A DNA stretch of 32,000 nt from Synechocystis sp. PCC 6803 substr. PCC-P (GTDB lineage: Bacteria > Cyanobacteriota > Cyanobacteriia > Cyanobacteriales > Microcystaceae): positions 3,450,001-3,482,000 of the forward strand of contig NC_017039.1 of assembly GCF_000284455.1 (NCBI RefSeq). Direction: 5' to 3'. The notes below the pieces were generated by a model. The model searched no databases. It was not told the origin of the DNA and was given only the letters and a program-made list of their open reading frames with translations. Positions 26,473 through 32,000 of this stretch are shown piece by piece. A program made the translations under genes and the position numbers. How positions within the stretch are numbered: the first letter of the stretch is position 1; the number at the start of each line of letters is the position of its first letter.

Positions 26473-28785
26473 TTAAGTCGCAGGCGTTTCCACCTGTACT
26501 TCATCCAACGGTTGGGGTTGGGTGGGTTGTTGAAAAATGCCCCAGATGGCCTGGCCAACGCCATAGAGTAACACTATTGCCCCCACAGCAAAGATCAAGT
26601 CGCCGGGAATCCGCAACCAAACAGTGCCCTGCATCCAACTGGAACCAATTACCTCCGCACTGCGGGCGTACCAAGTGCCATGGTTAATGGATTGCATCAG
26701 TTGATAGAAGCCATTGGGAATCAGCCCCGTGACTAGCATGGTTACTAAGCCGCCATTGATCCACCAGAAAGCAAAGTTAAATTTCTTTTCATTCCAGAAT
26801 TGGTCGGGGGTAATTTCCCGCAGGGCAAACAGCATCAAGGCGATCGCCAGGGAACCGTAAACGCCGAAGAGGGCAGAATGGGCATGGATGGGGGTGGTGT
26901 TAATGCCCTGGGAATAGTAGAGGACAATGGGGGGATTGATCAGGAAACCAAAAACCCCTGCCCCCACTAGGTTCCAGACACAGGTGGCAATGAAAAATTT
27001 CAGCGGCATACGGTAAAAACCTTGGGCTTCCTGGGAGAGTTTGAGGGATTTGACCACTTCAAAACCAATTAGGGTCAAAGGAACCACTTCCAGAGCGGAA
27101 GCCACCGCTCCCATGGCGGCGATAAATACCGGAGTCCCAGCAAAATAGAGATGATGGAGAGTACCAATCACCCCGCTACCCAGGTACAAAATGGTGGTCA
27201 AATAGGTTGCGCGCAGGGCCGCAGAGCGTTTCAAGAAACCTAATTCACTACATAGATAGGCGATCGCCACCGTGGCAAACACTTCAAAAAAGCCTTCCAC
27301 CCAGAGATGGACTACCCACCAACGCCAATATTCCGCCACACTGATGGGGGTGTGATTGGTGTACATTAACCCGGATGCATAGAACAGGGGAATGGTGATG
27401 GCACTGTAGAGGAAAAAGTGATTTAGGCCGGTTTTGTTCCCCTCCGCTTTCAGGGCTGGTCGCAGGGCTCGGAACATTAGCCAGAGCCAGAAAACCATGC
27501 CGCCGATGAGCAGTAATTGCCAGAGCCGACCCAATTCCACATATTCATAGCCTTGGTGACCGAACCAAAAACTCTGATCGTTGCCCAGGTAACCTTGGAT
27601 GCCGAACCAGGCCCCGACGAGGGAACCAACGACGACGAGGGTTAAAGCTGCTAAAAGTATGCCATTGCCGATCGCCTGGCCCTTGGGTTCATGTTTGCCA
27701 AAGCGAGGGGCAAAATATAATCCCGCCGCTAACCAACAGGTGGCGATCCAAAATACTGCCAATTGTAAATGCCAGGTGCGGGAAGCCGCATAGGGTAAAT
27801 ATTGCTGGAGGGGAATGCCGTAAAATCCTTCCCCTTCCACAGCGTAATGGGCTGTCACCATCCCCATTAATAGCTGGACTCCAAATAAAGCCATGGCCAC
27901 CCCAAAAAACAGAGTGGTTATCCTTTGGCTCGGAGTGGCTAGACGGAGGGCTGGTCGTTCTGCCACTGCCTGCACTTCTTCCGCATCTTCTTGGGTTAAA
28001 TACACAAATAGGAACAAGGCGATCGCCGCAATCAGGACAATCACCGACACAATGGACCAGACAATAAATTGACCAGGGGCTTGGTTGCCAATCAGATCAT
28101 CGTGGGGCCAGTTGGCTGTATAGGACAGGGGAGAATTGGGGCGATTAGCCGCCGCAGTCCAAGCAGTCCAGGCAAAAAAGGCCGTCACGTCATGGCGATC
28201 GCCAGCTTCTGGGAACCAATCCCTCGGAATGGAGTGAATAGCTGAGCCGTTCAGCAAAAGAGCTTGATAATCATCAAAAACCTGAGCTAAACCCTGGGTT
28301 TGGGCATTGGTTAGGCTTAAAATCCCCGTTTCTGGATCGTAACGGTTAGGTTTAAACTCCTGTTTCACTTCTGCCTGGAGTTGGGCCTGTGCCACTGGTG
28401 GCAATGCTTCCAAATCCGTTTGGCTAAAATTTGCATCGCCATCGTAGAGCACACCGGCCGTAGCCAGCCCCCAACGGTGCAACACATCCGCCGTCCAATC
28501 GGGAGCAAGGTAACTGCCATGGCCCCACACACTACCAATATGTTGTCCCCCCCGGGCCAGGTAAGTTGCTTGGCCCCGTTGCACTTCTGCTTGGGTCATA
28601 ACGATCTCCTGTTGGGGAGAAACCATCGTGACGGGAATGGGGGGAGCATTTTTATAGATAGCAGCCCCTGCCCCCAGGAGCACAGAAAAAGTAACTACGC
28701 AAACCAGTACCAACCAGGCAGGCAGTCCGAAGGATTTAGTCCGGGGTGGTGTGGCGATCGGGAGATCAAAGGTTGAATTTGCCAT
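26473..28785 (-). CDS. norB: Quinol-dependent nitric oxide reductase (single-subunit NorB/NorZ)
   Basis: Long N-terminal quinol-type extension (YLARGGQHIGSVWGHGSYLAPDWTADVLHRWG), then heme-copper-type core with HLWVEGFFEVFATVAIAYL and GTLHHLYF. Start MANSTF at 28785, or MCMANSTF at 28791. Confidence 0.95.
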   Translation of the reverse strand: MANSTFDLPIATPPRTKSFGLPAWLVLVCVVTFSVLLGAGAAIYKNAPPIPVTMVSPQQEIVMTQAEVQRGQATYLARGGQHIGSVWGHGSYLAPDWTADVLHRWGLATAGVLYDGDANFSQTDLEALPPVAQAQLQAEVKQEFKPNRYDPETGILSLTNAQTQGLAQVFDDYQALLLNGSAIHSIPRDWFPEAGDRHDVTAFFAWTAWTAAANRPNSPLSYTANWPHDDLIGNQAPGQFIVWSIVSVIVLIAAIALFLFVYLTQEDAEEVQAVAERPALRLATPSQRITTLFFGVAMALFGVQLLMGMVTAHYAVEGEGFYGIPLQQYLPYAASRTWHLQLAVFWIATCWLAAGLYFAPRFGKHEPKGQAIGNGILLAALTLVVVGSLVGAWFGIQGYLGNDQSFWFGHQGYEYVELGRLWQLLLIGGMVFWLWLMFRALRPALKAEGNKTGLNHFFLYSAITIPLFYASGLMYTNHTPISVAEYWRWWVVHLWVEGFFEVFATVAIAYLCSELGFLKRSAALRATYLTTILYLGSGVIGTLHHLYFAGTPVFIAAMGAVASALEVVPLTLIGFEVVKSLKLSQEAQGFYRMPLKFFIATCVWNLVGAGVFGFLINPPIVLYYSQGINTTPIHAHSALFGVYGSLAIALMLFALREITPDQFWNEKKFNFAFWWINGGLVTMLVTGLIPNGFYQLMQSINHGTWYARSAEVIGSSWMQGTVWLRIPGDLIFAVGAIVLLYGVGQAIWGIFQQPTQPQPLDEVQVETPAT

Positions 28786-28907
28786 ACACAAAGAATGAAA
28801 AAATGGCGATTAATTAACAATTCTTTAGAAATAAATTTCCACTGATTCGGTAGATTCATTCCTGTTTTAATTGCTTTTACTTTAGATGAGTTATCCTTAT
28901 TTTTTCC

Positions 28908-28921
28908 TTGACTTAAGTCAA
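28908..28921. promoter_or_regulatory. CRP/FNR-superfamily (DNR/NnrR-type) operator candidate
   Basis: Perfect palindrome TTGACTTAAGTCAA (TTG-N8-CAA) in the divergent norB/regulator intergenic region, 123 bp upstream of norB. Confidence 0.75.
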
Positions 28922-29211
28922 AAATAACCTTGAGAAAATCTAAAGTTTTTAGGAGTCAGAAGCTGATATTTATGGATTCTAACCCTAGACCTAGGGGCAT
29001 AGGCACAAACCGGAAGAGCCATCAATGCTGGCAACGGCAACGGTTTCCCAAAACTCATTTGACTAAAATTAGCCATGGCCAAGAAAATTTACGCCATCTG
29101 TTACCCTAGTCAATAGTACTGACAAATTTAGTGAATATTATGGTCACGACAAAAACCCGAGAAGTTATTAAAAATCATTAAAAATTATTAAGCTCTTAAT
29201 TCCTAAATCCC

Positions 29212-29928
29212 ATGACTGTTGCTCCGGATCTGGCCCTTTGGCTTAGTAAAACCCTGATGTTTCAGAATATTGATTCCCATCACCTGGAAATGATCACGGC
29301 GATCGCCCAGGTCAAAAGCTATGGCAAGGGGGATGTGGTTTTCAAAGAGGGGGATAAACCGAAGGGATTTTTCATTGTCCGATCCGGGCGGGTCAAGATT
29401 TATAAAATTGCGCCAGGGGGAAAGGAGCAAATTTTGCGAATTTTTCATCGAGGAGAACATTTTGCTGAAATAGCAGTGTTTGATAATCTTCCTTTTCCAG
29501 CTTCAGCGGCCACTTTGGACCAGGCAGAAATGATTTTTTTCCCACGTTCTCCTTTTTTAGAAATGTTAGCCCAGCATCCCACCCTGGCTTTGAATATGTT
29601 GTCCAGCCTATCTCGCCATCTGCGCCATTTAACCGCTGTAATCGAAGAATTATCCTTCAAAGATGTGCCCCAACGGTTAGCTAGCTATCTGCTCCGGCTA
29701 GGGGGAGTGGACACTGGAACGGTGGAGGTATTATCTCTATGGGTGACTTTGGATTTACCCAAAAGCCAACTGGCCGCCCAATTAGGAACTATTCCCGCCA
29801 CCCTTTCTAGAGCTTTCTACCAATTAAAAAATGAAGATTTAATTGCCGTCAAGGGAGCCGAGATCCAATTATTAGACTGCGATCGTCTGCGGGCTTTGGC
29901 CAAACGAGGAGATGGAATGAAAAATTGA
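29212..29928 (+). CDS. CRP/FNR-superfamily transcriptional regulator (DNR-like)
   Basis: cNMP-binding-like beta-roll (VVFKEGDKPKGFFIVRSGRVKIYKI...RIFHRGEHFAEIAVF) plus Crp HTH (LPKSQLAAQLGTIPATLSRAFYQLKNEDLI). Confidence 0.93.
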   Translation: MTVAPDLALWLSKTLMFQNIDSHHLEMITAIAQVKSYGKGDVVFKEGDKPKGFFIVRSGRVKIYKIAPGGKEQILRIFHRGEHFAEIAVFDNLPFPASAATLDQAEMIFFPRSPFLEMLAQHPTLALNMLSSLSRHLRHLTAVIEELSFKDVPQRLASYLLRLGGVDTGTVEVLSLWVTLDLPKSQLAAQLGTIPATLSRAFYQLKNEDLIAVKGAEIQLLDCDRLRALAKRGDGMKN

Positions 29929-30115
29929 AGCGTTTACTCCTCCGTTATCAGTGTCTTAATTTATTGGGAGCAATGGTAGGGATGGCGATTCTCAATAAGT
30001 GGTCTGCTATGTCTATCGTCAATGATTATTTGTAATTGCAAACAAATTTGATTATCTTCAATGATGCTAATTTTAAACTTAAAGCTTTGTAGTTATTCGG
30101 AAGTTAAATAGGGTT

Positions 30116-31234
30116 TTAATCTAAAGAAATCCAATGACCATTTAGCCTTTGCACAATTGCTGTTGCCTCTTCATAACTTTTAGCGATCGCCCAAGTATGG
30201 TGGGTTTTGCCATTACTTTCCCGCAGATAAATTTGATTGGGTAACAGGGGATGGTCAGCGGTGGTACGGAGATAATCTTTGTTCAATTTGCTATGGAATT
30301 GGGAATAGATGGACGTATCCCAGGGTATTCCCCGGTCCCAACCCGGCACCACCAAAGGATTAGCTCCCAATAAAATTTGGCACGGCACTAACATGGGGCC
30401 TTTATAAATAGCATAGGCGATCGGCATACAGGTATTAATTGCTAAGGTGACTAATTCACCATATTTATGCATTAATGATTGTTGCCAATATTGGGTAATT
30501 AAGGTGAAATCTAACCCCGCACTTCCCCTAGTATCTAAGAGTTTATTGAACTTTTCATATTCCGTTCGCACAGTGGTGATTTCCCGTTGCCAAGCATATT
30601 CCAATGGACTTTGACCAAAAACTATCTTGCCTGCTTTGAGTAATTTCCATTTTTCACCAATTTTTAAAACGTCCAATTTTGCCGGTGCTTGTAGAGTAAA
30701 TTGATAATTCTTCCCTGGGTTTTCATTAGTTGCTTTAAATAGTTTGGCGAAGCTAGCCAGGGAACTAAAATGGCTAAAGGATTCGGGACGAGGAAATAGA
30801 TAAAATCCTTGGTTTTTGAGTTGCATTACCCAAAAGTTACCAACATTATTTTTTTCTAGAACATCTTCTTGGTCAATTAACAGAGAAACCCGCTGACAAT
30901 AAACTTCTAATATTTGGGGAGTTTCGTGATAAATGTCAATAATTTTACTGATGGGTAAATCTAATAGAGGAGGGGGTTGTTCAACTATTAAATGGGGATA
31001 GGCATCGGCGGGAAAGGCAGTGGGTCGGCTAACTACAGTCTCAATTTGACTGATTTTTTGTTTAAGGACTTCTATTTCTTTGATTAAGTCAGCATTACTC
31101 TGGGTCTGAACTTCATTATTTTTTTGTGCTTGAAAAAATCGTAGGGCCGCAAACTCCTGTTGTAACTTAAGTTGATTTTTTTCCAACTGAATCAGCTTAG
31201 CTTGATTTAATTTATCCGGTTGATTGCCAGCCAT
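30116..31234 (-). CDS. Hypothetical protein, N-terminal coiled coil (372 aa)
   Basis: Long uninterrupted ORF with sensible composition; N-terminal heptads (KLIQLEKNQLKLQQEFAALRFF...LIKEIEVLKQKISQIETVV). No family recognised. Confidence 0.75.
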   Translation of the reverse strand: MAGNQPDKLNQAKLIQLEKNQLKLQQEFAALRFFQAQKNNEVQTQSNADLIKEIEVLKQKISQIETVVSRPTAFPADAYPHLIVEQPPPLLDLPISKIIDIYHETPQILEVYCQRVSLLIDQEDVLEKNNVGNFWVMQLKNQGFYLFPRPESFSHFSSLASFAKLFKATNENPGKNYQFTLQAPAKLDVLKIGEKWKLLKAGKIVFGQSPLEYAWQREITTVRTEYEKFNKLLDTRGSAGLDFTLITQYWQQSLMHKYGELVTLAINTCMPIAYAIYKGPMLVPCQILLGANPLVVPGWDRGIPWDTSIYSQFHSKLNKDYLRTTADHPLLPNQIYLRESNGKTHHTWAIAKSYEEATAIVQRLNGHWISLD

Positions 31235-31266
31235 GTTGTTTAATTTATCTCTTACTGTTAATGATT

Positions 31267-31992
31267 TTAATTAAACACGCCTTTTTCGACTATTTGCCAA
31301 CGGCGATCGCCGACTAGGAGAAGTTTAGCGGGCTTGACTAGGTTAGGGTTTTGTAAATTGCCATAGCTGTCAAAAAAGGAACTGTTAGTCAGTAGTCTTT
31401 GCCAGCGGCTGAGCATTAGATTCGGAATTAACCAAATTTCTTCCCCAATGGTAAAGGCCAAATAGGAAGCTTGGCTCCTTTCTCCTTCTTCAAATTCCTG
31501 GCGATCGCCAAGACTAAGATTGCCTGCCTTGCCATGGATAACACTTTCTGTGGGCTTAAGGTATTGGAACTGGGATTGATCATCAAAAAAATTCTTATTG
31601 CCCTGGTTAAAATTAGTGATGCAATATTCTAAGCTGAGGCCAAAAGATTGGGTTGATTTTTCGGTATTTTCTACTTCTACTAAGGCATCTATAGCTTGTT
31701 CTTCATTGCTTATTGCATGGCCTTTGGCATCGATACAATTATTTTCTAAAAAATAATTATAAACATCTGCCTCGATAATCGAATCTGGTGTATTCGGTTG
31801 ATTTTCACCTGGTAAAACAATATCAGTTTGGGTAACATTAATAACTTTGCGTTTTGCACCCCTAGTAAGCCTAGAAGCGGTAATTTTTTTTAAAGTTTTG
31901 CTTCCCATTTGTTGGAGAGATTTATTTTTACTAGGCTTAGTTGAAAAAGCATTCAACAAGTCAACTGCCAACTTGCCGACGACGATACTCAA
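31267..31992 (-). CDS. Hypothetical protein (241 aa; start may lie outside the window)
   Basis: Long ORF 32 bp upstream (in transcription) of the preceding gene. The first Met is 8 bp from the window edge, so the start is uncertain. Confidence 0.65.
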   Translation of the reverse strand: MSIVVGKLAVDLLNAFSTKPSKNKSLQQMGSKTLKKITASRLTRGAKRKVINVTQTDIVLPGENQPNTPDSIIEADVYNYFLENNCIDAKGHAISNEEQAIDALVEVENTEKSTQSFGLSLEYCITNFNQGNKNFFDDQSQFQYLKPTESVIHGKAGNLSLGDRQEFEEGERSQASYLAFTIGEEIWLIPNLMLSRWQRLLTNSSFFDSYGNLQNPNLVKPAKLLLVGDRRWQIVEKGVFN

Positions 31993-32000
31993 ACCTATGG

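Noticed and set aside
28381-28776. 131-aa plus-strand ORF inside norB
   Set aside because: Lies antisense to a well-supported norB frame; composition is typical of a shadow ORF.

Overview
This is a cyanobacterial chromosome segment, very probably Synechocystis sp. PCC 6803 or a close relative. I base that on psaL/psaI, many HIP1 octamers (GCGATCGC), and gene content recalled from memory, not on a database search. Supported genes, left to right: M20 amidohydrolase (5' truncated by the window), SLH/OprB porin with a near-perfect Fur box, secreted histidine phosphatase, psaL-psaI (psaI is missing from the ORF track), murG, a GGDEF + slr1658-like + slr1659/STAS-like three-gene block, DUF3172 protein, ruvX (minus), Ppx/GppA (minus), a TpsB/FhaC-like outer-membrane transporter, GST (minus), a two-TM channel-like protein flanked by TrkA-N/RCK domains, dapF, a DegT/DnrJ aminotransferase, and a LuxR-type regulator with a degenerate receiver (minus). 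From about 21.1 to 25.7 kb the window is more accessory: an RHH antitoxin next to a truncated MazF-like toxin, a frameshifted DUF433 gene, a PIN toxin/antitoxin pair in reverse order, a CRP-site-preceded pair (secreted protein + PapD-like chaperone), a small secreted-peptide candidate, a frameshifted coiled-coil membrane protein, and an Rpn-family nuclease. The right end has an ElaA-like GNAT, norB (quinol NO reductase) divergent from a CRP/FNR regulator with a TTGAC-N4-GTCAA palindrome between them, and two hypothetical proteins. The best candidate for an under-described system is the 6.4-8.3 kb signalling block, which resembles the SiaB/SiaC/SiaD logic. No rRNA, tRNA, CRISPR array or intact transposase was recognised.
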